Below, one piece after another: positions 53,401 through 64,000 of a DNA stretch of 64,000 bases. The stretch comes from Octopus vulgaris. Its lineage: Eukaryota. The translations under genes and the position numbers were made by a program. Numbering within the stretch: position 1 is the stretch's first letter; every line of letters starts with the position of its first letter. Where the stretch lies: the NCBI GenBank assembly GCA_951406725.2, contig OX597832.1, forward strand, positions 2,914,001 to 2,978,000, given 5' to 3'. The notes beneath the pieces were generated by a model. That model made no database searches. It saw only the letters and a list, made by a program, of their open reading frames with translations, and was not told where the DNA came from.

Positions 53401-53849
53401 TGGATTTCAGATGATGATATACAGGGGATGGCTGATCGTTCTTGGTTAGTATAAGTTAAGACAGGGGAGAATAACCTTAAATGCATAGGAGAATGTGTGA
53501 TTAAAGTAAATGTAGAAAATGAAGAATATGAAATATAAACAAGCACAAAGGAATATGAAAGTTGTTGGTGTAGAGGCTGGAGAAAGCCTGTAATATATTT
53601 GCTGACACAAATGGTTAAAATTACATGTAATATGTAGAACTCATAAATAGGCAATTTTGATACAAGATACTTCTGACCAGCGATGTTGAGGGTAAGAATT
53701 TTTATTTTCTCAATATTTTTTTAAGGCAAAGTGCAACTGAAGTCTAAAAGAGTAGTCTGTAGTGGGTCTGGCTCTGTATTCTCTACAGAGCCAGATCCAT
53801 TACAAAGATAGTTCAGGGTAGTCCACTAGACAAAGATAGTTCAGGGTTA

Positions 53850-54600
53850 CAAAGGAGGTGTTTGTATATAATTGTGTTTGTCACTTTTAAGATGTTGAAT
53901 GTTTAAAAAGTTGCTGGAGGGACAAACAAGGAGATTTCAGACTACCTCAATGTCAGCAGAAGAATGGTGGAAAAGTTCAGAAAGGATCTGAAAGATTCAG
54001 GATTCGACTATGAGGTGACAACAGAGAGGTAAACCCATGATCTGATACCATCAGAATGCTGGAATTTATAGCTGAAATCCAGATCAACAATGATCCTAAA
54101 AAGTTGATGCATACCATTGCAATGGAGAAAGGTGCGAATGAAAAGCTTATCAGGCTGGTAGCACATGAGAACATTTGCTACTTTTCATACAAGGTGAGGA
54201 AAGGACAATTTCTGTCCAAGGAAATGCAGGAAAAGTGACTCAAGCACACAAACAAGTGGAAACACCACTGGAGCCAGACATGTTGTGGTTCTCTGATGAG
54301 AAGAATTTCTATCAAGACCAGAAGATCAACCACCAGAACAGGTGGCTCATTGTCTCACCCAAGGACATGCCTGGAATCATGCAAACAAAATTTCCAGTGA
54401 CAGTCATGTTCTTCGGTGTTGTCAGCAGTGAAGGTGATGCCAGGCCACTTCACTTCTTCCTTGATGGCTACAACAGTGTCCTAAGCAAGGTGGTGATGCC
54501 CTATATTGACTAGGTAGCTGTAGGGAGGCCGTACATGTGGCAGCAAGACTCTGCACCTTGCTATACCAGCTGATAATGAGGACAATTCTTCAATAAGCTG
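53850..54600 (+). mobile_element. Tc1-like transposase fragment
   Basis: LWFSDEKNFYQDQKINHQNRW..QTKFPVTVMFFGVVSSEG; WQQDSAP. Confidence 0.75.
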
Positions 54601-54699
54601 TAAGCAGTTTCTCAAGTTTCACACAGTAGTGCAGGCAGCTACGAGTGAACTATTCTGGGGCTTGAGGGTGTAATAGAGATGTAGGACATGAATGATATC

Positions 54700-56400
54700 A
54701 ATTCATTCATTTAACTGTCAAAGACAGGCTAATGGTGAAGTTAATTTTTTGTTAAGAGCTCTTACTAATTTGCTGAATTGAAGTAGCGGAAGACGAGACA
54801 ATGGTCAAATGATGCTATCATGGCATCTTAAAGGTTGGATATGGTGGTAGAAAAATGAGATGTGTCAGCAAGTTCATAAGAAGGTGAAGAGACTATTTGA
54901 ATCAAAGAGCCCTTTCTCAATGACAGAACTTTCAGCAGAATCAGCATAAAAGAGAGAGAGAGAGAGAAGTAGGTGTATGCACTAAAATCATCAAGGACAC
55001 TGCGTGAATGGAAGCAGATGATGAGGGTGGCAAGACACTGTGTGAAGGGAGACAGATGACAAAGGCAGCAAGACACTGCGCGAATGGAGACATGGCGAGA
55101 GCAGTGAGACAATGTGTGAATGGAGACAGATGACAAGGGCAGCAATGATTGTCGACTTGAAGTTGAGTGAATCTGGCCCTAAAATGGGAGCTGCACTCCA
55201 TCGAAATCTGAACCAATTTGGCCACTGTGTTTGGCTTGGGAGGATCAGTGATCACTGAAGAAAAGAGGGTTTGAGCCAAAGGGGCTGCAGAGATGTTAGT
55301 AAAGTGCCACCTTGAGGTTCTAGGAGAGTTAGCTGCCGAATTTGGTTTGAAGCTGAGCATGGCTTTTGTGCTTTCAGAAAGGAACAAAGTAGACATTGAC
55401 AAGGGTGAAAAAGGCTTGGTTAGCAGAGCCAGAAGATCCAAAGCAGGGAATAGCTGCAGTGTGCTGGTTAAGTGACTTGGAACTAAGGGGACTGCATGCC
55501 ATGCATCATATGGGTGCGGATAGAACCTTGTATCTTGCCAGAAAGATTGATGCTGACATTACTAGACAGGGCATCCAAAAGGTGGTCGGGAACTGTGATT
55601 GGTGTCAATCCATCAACTCTGCTCTGGGTGTGCATGAGCAGGGAAACATCTCAGTAGAGCACAACTGGAGACAATTAGTAGTGGATGTCACACATTACTG
55701 GCAGGGAACGTATCTCTCAATGGTTGACTGTCGCTTGGGTTGGATGGCCATTTGGAGGGAAATGAAGACAGGCACTGCAGATGAGATTGCACATATCCTT
55801 AACGAGATATTCCTGGAATGAGGCGCTGTGGATGAATTGCTGATTGACAATGGCACAAGATTTCATTCAGAGATGCTGAAGGAGAAGCTTGATAAGTGGA
55901 ATGTGCATCACTTCTTCAGAGTGGCATACAGGCCAAGCAGAAATGGGATCATGGAAAGATGTTGACAGAATGGTGAAGGGGTGCATCTCACCGCTGGAAG
56001 AAGTTTTCTGCTACAATATGTTGTCCTGATTAGGACAGGCTGAAGAGTCTGTGCCACACGGAGTGATATTCAGATATGAATGGCAGCATCTGAGTAAACC
56101 ATCAGAATGCCCTGCAGAAGAGAGAGAGAGAGAGCCCGTCTTTGTGGAGGTGGGAGACGAAGTCTGGGTCAAGTGCCCGAAGACACGTTGCACATCTCAG
56201 TGGAACAGTGATGGCTATTAATTCCAAAAATAATACTTCTGTGAATGGAATGCCACATCATGCCTTGGACGTTTGCAGAATTGTCGCTTCATCAGATGAC
56301 AAAGTTGGAGGAGAGAAAGAGAACGAGGCAATCTCCTTTATGGAAATCACAGTGTGCGAGGCATCCACATGGGTGGATGACAGATTTTGACATGGAGTGA
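54700..56400 (+). mobile_element. Decayed Gypsy-like pol/integrase fragment
   Basis: HHCC zinc finger (HHMG..CDWC), VVDVTHY, IDNG.RF.S, AYRPSRNGIMER. Confidence 0.75.
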
Positions 56401-57311
56401 GGTGAGGAGGTGATCTTTGAAATCAAGGGGGCATGTGGGTATGAAATGAGCTGGAAGGAAAGGGCTGTGACACCAATGGTCAAGGGACCTGACTGGCAGG
56501 AAGGGGGAGAGAGAAAGTGAGGGAAGCAAGACCAGGGTTGTCTTTTTGGCCTGGTGCACTCACTGTGAATGGACGTCAGAAGAGTAGGCTAGCAGGATTG
56601 TTAGTAGCAGCTGCTAACATTAGGTGCGACAGGTAGGGCATGAGCCGATGAGAAGGTAGGTGAACCATATCTTATTTCTCCACATTAGCACCCTCAAACC
56701 ACAAGTATACTGTAGGTTAGACTCCAAAATAGAAAATTTTGTGTGCATAGATGTTCAAAACGCTTTCCAACTACAACCATTCCATCTTCCAAAAGTATTT
56801 TATCTATGACCATGACATTCCATACATAACCCATCTTTTTTAAGGTGAAATCTCTATCATGTAACACTTGAGCATAAAAAAAGGATTTATTGGAAAATGT
56901 AGCCTAAAGTATACTGTGACTGAAAAATAAGATGATTTGCAGAATCAGTTGAGATGGATGATAAACAGCTCATCGATGGCTACTGAAGAATTCTATGGAT
57001 TAGCTCAGGAGACAGATAAATTCACATCCGGGGAGAACATTAATTTGTTGATGATGATTAGATCCAGCAGACTTCTAAGATCAAGGCATTACAGTAATGA
57101 TTTGATTTCTATTTGTAGCAAATCAAGGATTCCTCATTTATAAGGAGGAGTCTATCACTAGTTGTTAAAATCATTAAGCGCAAGGTCAGCATTAATTCAG
57201 CAGACCAATGATTAAAGACATTCTACCCATGGCCACTCATTCTTTCAGGTCTTATTAAAACTGTGTTTTTCCAATATTTCTTTTGATTTTAACATTGTGC
57301 TTTAAGACACA

Positions 57312-58400
57312 CAGTAGCATACCAAGAGGGAAGGAGGGAGGTGGGGTCCACCCTGGGCAGCACAATTTATTTGTATAAATAATAAATTTGTATAAATATC
57401 ATTAATAAAAATGCAGTATAAATATTATAGAGTTTAATAATGCATAGTAGCTATTAAAATTTCCTTAAAATTTATCATCAGTAAACTTGTATTGTGTGTT
57501 AACATTGTGTAATATACAGTATAATACTATTAATACAGTAATATTGTGCATTACTGGATAAGACAGTGTGTTGATGATATTCAGAAAGTTGATTATTTTT
57601 TTAGGTTGGTCTATACTTTATTTGATTTTATTCATAAATTTACAACATCACTGATATAATTTGAGATAAAGCAAATTAAGGACAGCAGTGCTGCATTTTG
57701 AAAAAAAAAGGAAAACAAAACAAGAAAGGCAAAATGAAGGTGCCATAATTTTATTTCTCATCAGACCTGACTGTCCAGATGAAACTGGTATTACTGTAGA
57801 AAGTCATGGAGATGGTGTTATTAATGAAGTACAGCTTGAAGAGAAGATAGATGAAGTTGATGATGCTGATCCACCACAAAACTACTGAAGAACAAAACTC
57901 TAATATTAATTTGAAAGACATTGGGATGTGGCCTGCTAAGTTTAATCATGGTGATAGTATTCAGGAAATCCTTGTACAACAATAATCGAAGGCTGTGTAA
58001 AATATTGACTGTGAATTCAAAGAAGTTGTACGTCCAGGACAAATAACAAAACTTAAAGAGGAGATTAGAAGACTGTCAAGAAACTGTTTTTTTTTCAAAC
58101 TTTTACAAAATGGGGAAAAAAAATCTTGAGAACTTGGATGATATACTCTCCATCGAAAGAGGCCGTGTTTTGTTTTTGTCGTAAGCTATTTTCAAGCAAA
58201 AACTCAAAGTTTTGCTCAGTTGATGGTTTCAAATCCTGGTGGAAGTTGAATCCTAAGCTACAAGAATATGAATCTAGCCTTGTGCATGAAAAGTGGAAAG
58301 AGCTAGAAATTCGCCTTTCTAAAGGCCATGTTGTAACAGACAAAGAACAACAAACTCTTGTTGAAAATGAAATTTTGATGAAATCATTCAAGATTTCGCA
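57312..58400 (+). mobile_element. hAT transposon 5' fragment (TTF-type zinc finger)
   Basis: RTWMIYSPSKEAVFCFCRKLF...DGFKSWWKLNPKLQEYESS..H; CAGTAGCATACC terminus. Confidence 0.7.
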
Positions 58401-59820
58401 AAGAGGAAGGCATGTAAAATCAATTTGTAAATCGTTTATTTTTGTAGCTCACTCATCTTCTGTTCTTCCACATATTTTTCCTATTATTTTTTGTGTATAA
58501 ACATAATAAAAGTAAATTTGATGGAAATAAATGGTTGCTACAGTTTGTCTTCTTATTTTGCATACATATGTAGTGGGAGGTGAAGCAAAAGGTGTTGTTG
58601 ATGTAGCAGATGAAGATAGGCGTGTTGACAACATCAAAGAAAACAACGAAGAAAGCATCAGATTGTAGTTTAAATAATTTATTTGATCGACACTTGCATT
58701 TACGTGTTGGATACACAAGGAATGCTGCTACATGACGTTACCAACTTGCTTCGAGTTGGTGAAGTAAAAAATGAACGGGAGAAATAGTGTCGATGTGATG
58801 AGGTAGAACTGGGTGAGTTTTGTGTCTGAGCTCGTCATTTGGTCATGTCAGTTTATGTTCTGCAACTGTTACCGTGTAGTGTTGTTCATGCTGAATATGT
58901 AGCTTTCTGTTGGCTGCTTGACTGTTTGTCTCCTACTGGTTGTCTGCTCATCTGTCATGTGTCTGTATTTATAATCATCATCTTAGCTAGAAGAACAGAC
59001 ATACCATAGGAATAATTTCTACCTATGTAGGTCACCTGTTGTCCACTTGAACCTTAAATGACACAGCTCAGGTTGGAGGTCAAGTGGAAATCCATCTATC
59101 ACTTTTTGACAGGACAGAAATTTCTTTCGCGCCTGTTCGACCAGTGGTGGATCAGGCAGGTTTTGAATCTCAGCTTGGAAAAAGGAAGTGTTAATTTTTA
59201 CACAACCTCCCTTCCAGTGAGAAAACCAAAGAGATCGAATGATACAGATGCGTGTGATATTGAAAACATGTGATTTGTTGTGTAATGCAGAAAATGGATA
59301 CAGTGCTATTTACAAACAAATGAATACATGTCAAAAACATGTGAAGTGAAAGAAATGAAAAAAAATGTAAAGCAAAAAAATCAATGTTCAGAGTTGGTGT
59401 GTGCAATATATGTTAGGCAATGTGTATATGCCTAGGCAGAAGCATAAATGTAATATGCTGGTGCATTGAAAGAGATATGCAACTCCATTGATTATGCGAC
59501 CCACTAGGTCTAATGGAGGTAAGTTGTTTTGCAGTGGTGAGGAGAGTAAACATGATAGCACACATGAAAATATGAGGGGTGCAAGTGTGTGTAAGCATAC
59601 AGGTGTGATGTAGAGCAAAACATGTGTTCATGGAAGAAAATGTGATTTTACAGAAATATGAAAAAGTTAATGCAAAAAGTTTGTTGGTGAAATGTTCAGT
59701 CAGTTCAATTAGTAGAACAATGTTAAAAAAAATGTTTTTCATTGATACAGAAAAACGTTTGTTTGTTTTTTGTTTATACAAAATGTTCTTTTCTATATTT
59801 AAGAGATGAGGAATGATGTA

Positions 59821-60208
59821 CATTATTTACATTCAACAGATTCATCCTCATCTTGTTTGGTGTTAACACAAAGTTTCGGCTGATATACACTCCAGCCTTC
59901 ATCAGGTGTCATGGGGAAATTTCGAACCTGGGTTCTCATTCCTAAGGTATTTTTTGATGTTATTATTATTATGGTGTAGTGGTTAAGAGCGTGGGCTACT
60001 AACCCCAAGATTCCGAGTTCGATTCCAAGCAGTGACCTGAACAATAACAATAGTAATAATAATAATATCGAAAAATACCTTAGGAATGAGAACTCAGGCT
60101 CAAAATTTCCCCAAGACACCCAATGAATGCTGGAGGGTATATTAGCCAAAACGTTGTGTTAACAACAAACAAGATGAGGACAAATACCTATTGAATGTAA
60201 ATAATGTA
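59821..60208. mobile_element. PLE pLTR family 1 inverted pair: minus hammerhead 59865-59910; plus copy with tRNA-like cassette 59971-60037 and mutated hammerhead 60115-60160
   Basis: A box TGGTGTAGTGG (59972-82), B box GAGTTCGATTCC (60015-26); minus GACAC-CUGAUGA-AGGCUGGAGUGUAUAUCAGCC-GAAA-CUUU-GUGUU. Confidence 0.82.
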
Positions 60209-63200
60209 AATGTTTTTTGTTGTGTTTTGGTTTGATGTGAGTGATGCAGAAACACTTGGGTTATGTATGTCAAAATTGTTCATAACCAAAAAAAAATTTG
60301 TTTTTATTTGTTGAAGTGGACATTTCACTTGAAATGATGGGTAACTGAAAAGTTTGTAGTTACTCGAAAGATTTGAACAAATCTTGCAGGCCATTGAATT
60401 GTTCTTCCCTATTTGGTGTGCCAGGTTGTGCAGAATCTGAGGTGTTTGTGATGGGTGAAGCTGAAATTGTTGAGTCCATTTGAGGAACAGCAGGAAATGA
60501 AAGCAAGTCCTCTTGCTTTCAACGAATGCCTTTTTTAAGTGATTGACAGAGGCAGTATTTCATTTTTCTCCAATATTGAGAACAAAATACTTTGCTTTAC
60601 ATTGTAGGGCCTGGAATATGGTGGCTGAAGTTGAGAAGATATTCCATCATTTCTAATGAAAACATGTGTCTAAGTATTGACGTCCTTTGGGATAAGCGAA
60701 GTGATGTTCTGTTGTCTGGGACCTGCAGGGGACAAATGCGATATAGATGTCTGTAAGAGGTGAACCTATCTTGCTGGGTCTGGAAAGACTTGTGGAGAAA
60801 CAGAATCGATCATCTGTCCATGTAAGGCGAGTGCCGTGCCATAAACCAGTTCAGCCAGAGTATGTCCAACTCTCTCGTTAACCATGGATCGCATACCAAG
60901 GAGGACGAGTGGAAGATATTTCAACTAGTTGGAGCAGTCTGGATACACTTTTATAGCTGCCTTAAGTTGGTGGTGAAAACGTTCGACCATACCATTTGCT
61001 GCAGGGTGATAAGCTGTCGTGCAGGTGCGTTTACACCCAAGACAAGTCAGCTCAGTGAAAAGGTGAGAATCGAACTGACGTCCTCTTTTGGTAGTAATCG
61101 TCAACACAGGTGAGTGCAATTGTTGGAAGGAGGCAAGGGTCGAACAATGTTGATATGCATGTGTTGAAAACGTGCATCAGGAGTTGCAAAGGAACTGAAG
61201 GGAGATTTAATGTCGGTGGACCTTTGCTTTTTGGTACGCGACACAAATCCTAGTCCATTCATGACTGTCCCTGTTGATGTTGGACCACATGAAACAGTCA
61301 ATATCAGCCTTTGTGAGGCGTGGATACCTAGATGTTTAGGGAATGCAAAGCAGAGAAAACGTCATGTCTTTGTTTTTGTAGCACATATGGACAATCATGA
61401 CTATTGGAGGTCTCACACTAAATATAGCCTGTAGTAGAGGGTATCAGGGATTGCTGAAATTTCATAAATGACGAATTCTGGAGCTGTAGTAGTAGTTCTT
61501 AGTCATTTTGTTCGTCAGCTGCAATCTGCTGGAGATCAATAGTAGCGATGGTGTGGATAGCGTTAAGCTCCATGCATGACAGGGCATCAGCTGCAGAGTT
61601 GTTCGCACCCTTGATGTGGCAAATGTCTGTTGTATACTGTGTTATGAAGTCTAGATGTCAGACTTCCCTGGGTGAGTGATGATCAGGCTTGGCATTGAAT
61701 GCATAACCCGGTGGCTTACGGTTGGTATAGTTAGAGAAAACGCAACCTTTTAGCATGTGTCGAAAATGCTTGACAGCGAGATACACTGCCAATAATTCTC
61801 AACCGAAGGTACTGTACTTAGTCTTGGTAGGTTTTAAGCACTTGGAGAAGAAGGGTACAGGTTGCCAAATACTGTCAGTGAGTTGTTGGAGTACACCTCT
61901 AACTCCTGAATTGGATGCATCAACTAGTACACACAGTGGGGTGTCTGGTTTGGGATACACTAGCATGGTAGCATTGGATAACACTTTTTACAAGTCAGCA
62001 AAAGAAGCAAGTCTTTCTTCACTCAAGGCAATGTTTGTATTTTTGCTTGTTTGGTGTCGCAGCAAATCTGTGAGTGGTTGGGCTGTCTCTGCACAGTGAG
62101 GGTAGAAATTCAAGAGGCCAAGAAATTCCCACAATTTGTGAAGATGATGTGTCCAAGAAAATGAAGGGGCGCAACTCTGAATGAACATTTGCTGGCATTG
62201 ATAACAATATCATATTCGCACAGGCATTAGAATAGCAGGTGCAGGTGTTGTTCATGCTCTTCATCTGAGCTACTGGCCACGAGTAAGTCATCTATGTATG
62301 CATAGACAAAAGGCAAACCTCTGGTAACTGTGTCTCTAAAACGGAACGTCTGTGCTGCGTTGCATAAACTGAAAGGCAAATATTCTGCTGCAGGGATTTA
62401 ATTGTAAGCTTGCACAAGGTCGATCTTTGAAAAGATGCAAGCTCCATGCAGCGAGCTAGAAAAGTCCTGTAGATGAGGGATGCAATTACAGGAGGCACTC
62501 GGGCTTCAGGACTGCCTTCTAAATCGACGCGATCGGCTGCTGCTTTGACAGTGGATACCAAGCAATAAGGATTGTATCTGTGATGCCTGCTGCATCATCA
62601 ATGAGCGCAAGTCCGAAATTTCAGAACCACTGGTGAATGCCCTGTTGACCGTGGATGAGTTCGCTGCTGGTTTGTGTCCCAATAGAGCCATACTGTGACG
62701 ACTAATTTTGCGGTTCTGACTTAGTGATGTGTGATGTTAAGGTTGTCATTCTTCATCAGGGTTACCAAATGTAGTGAGATATGAAGCAAAAGGTGTTGTT
62801 GATGTAGCAGATGAAGATAGGCATGTTGACGACATCAAAGAAAACAATGAGGAAAGCATTAGATTGAGGTTTAAATAATTTATTTGATTGACACTTGCAT
62901 TTACGTGTTGGATACACAAGGAAAGCTGCTACATGATGTTACCAACTTGCTTTCAGTTGACGAAGTAAAAAATGATCAGGAGAAATACTGTGTTGATGTG
63001 ATGAGGTAAACCTGGGCATGTTTTGTGTGTGTGCATTGGTCATTTGGTTGTGTCTGTTTATGTTCTGTTGCTGTGTTACTCTTTTACTCGTTTCAGTCAT
63101 TTGACTGCGGCGATGCTGGAGCACCGCCTTTAGTTGAACAAACCGACTCCAGAACTTATTCTTTGTCAATCTAGTACTTATTCCATTGGATTCTTTTGAT

Positions 63201-63617
63201 GAACTGCTAAGTTACGGGGACATAAACACATCAGCATAGGTTGTCAAGTGATGGTGGGGGTACAGACAGACACATATATACATGTGTGTGTGTGTGTATA
63301 TATTCCGTTTACTAAATCCACTCAAAAGACTTTGGTCAGCCCAAGGCTACAGTAGTAACACTTGCCCAAGGCACCATGTAGTGGGACTGAACCATGTGGT
63401 TTGGTAAGCAAGCTACTTACTACACAGCCACTCCTGTCGTTTATGTTGAATATGTCACTTTTTGTTGGCTGCTTGACCCGTGCAAGTTAACTGCTGTCTG
63501 TCTGCTCATCTGTCATGTGTCTGTATTTAAAATCATCATCCTAGCTAGAAGAACAGACATACCATAAGAATAATTACTACCTATGTAGGTCACCTGTTGT
63601 CCACTTGATCCTTAAAT

Positions 63618-63897
63618 CAGTGCTTCTCAAACTATCTGATGTGGCATACCGGCAATCTTTTTACCCCAATATGTCAGGGACTGGTAATATTTCTTAGTAA
63701 TATTAATTTATACCGGAAACAATATATATAATGAATATAATAAAAGTTGACAATTTTTTATATCTTATATTTATTTTGTAAACAAATAATACATAAGCAT
63801 TTTATATTTCTTTCTTTTCTGGAAACTCGCAGTGTACCGGCAGCTGATGGCTCAAGGACCGGTACCGGTCCGTGGACCACCACTTTGAGTAGCACTG
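63618..63897. mobile_element. hAT MITE inserted in one Gypsy terminal repeat
   Basis: TIRs CAGTGCTTCTCAAA / TTTGAGTAGCACTG; 8-bp TSD CCTTAAAT at 63610-17 and 63898-905; empty site CCTTAAAT present once in the other repeat at about 59052-59059. Confidence 0.9.
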
Positions 63898-64000
63898 CCT
63901 TAAATGACACAGCTCAAGTCAGAAGTCGAATGGAAATCCATCCATCACTTTTTGACAGGACAAAGAAATCTCTTTTGTGCCTGTTTGGCCAGTGGTGGAT

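Larger units (their letters stand above)
58569..64000 (-). mobile_element. Decayed Gypsy LTR retrotransposon; direct repeats start at 58569 and 62770; pol remnants at 60400-62700
   Basis: Both repeats begin TGTAGTG..GAAGCAAAAGGTGTTGTTGATGTAGCAG; PBS-like TGGTAACCC on the minus strand next to 62770; RNase H (VDASNSGV.GVLQQ..FFSK), integrase (TAYHPAANGMVERFH). Confidence 0.85.

Noticed and set aside
58126-58500. ZMYM-like host zinc-finger gene
   Set aside because: Short truncated fragment without exon structure; consistent with a hAT transposase remnant.
59971-60037. Functional nuclear tRNA gene (also 42500-42568, 48028-48100)
   Set aside because: Acceptor and anticodon stems are mispaired and each lies within a repeat; treated as tRNA-derived promoter cassettes.

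Overview
AT-rich, repeat-dense eukaryotic DNA, most likely an octopus (coleoid cephalopod). This is inferred from the SINE and RTE families and from the gene order of a mitochondrial insertion. Real genes: the last coding exon of an AIF1/Iba1-family gene (+, 1406-1490) and, convergent to it, a divergent multi-exon CDC20/Fizzy-family APC/C co-activator (-). The CDC20-like gene has 9 well-supported exons from 44197 to 5785, with C-box, WD40 repeats and IR tail; its start exon was not found. Its introns contain several things the ORF track misses: (i) three unrelated families of type I hammerhead ribozyme motifs, carried by Penelope-like element (PLE) pseudo-LTRs and by a non-coding 340-bp-unit retrozyme-like fold-back; in one family a tRNA-derived Pol III promoter cassette sits just upstream of the ribozyme; (ii) two decayed NUMTs (nad1-trnL2-trnL1-rrnL and cob-nad6); (iii) an orphan antisense SERP1/RAMP4 exon; (iv) a near-intact RTE LINE with one premature stop, plus CR1, mariner, Tigger/pogo, hAT, Gypsy, Helentron-like elements and many SINEs. 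Most short ORFs in the track are spurious or TE-derived. All calls were made by eye without database searches, so TE boundaries are approximate.
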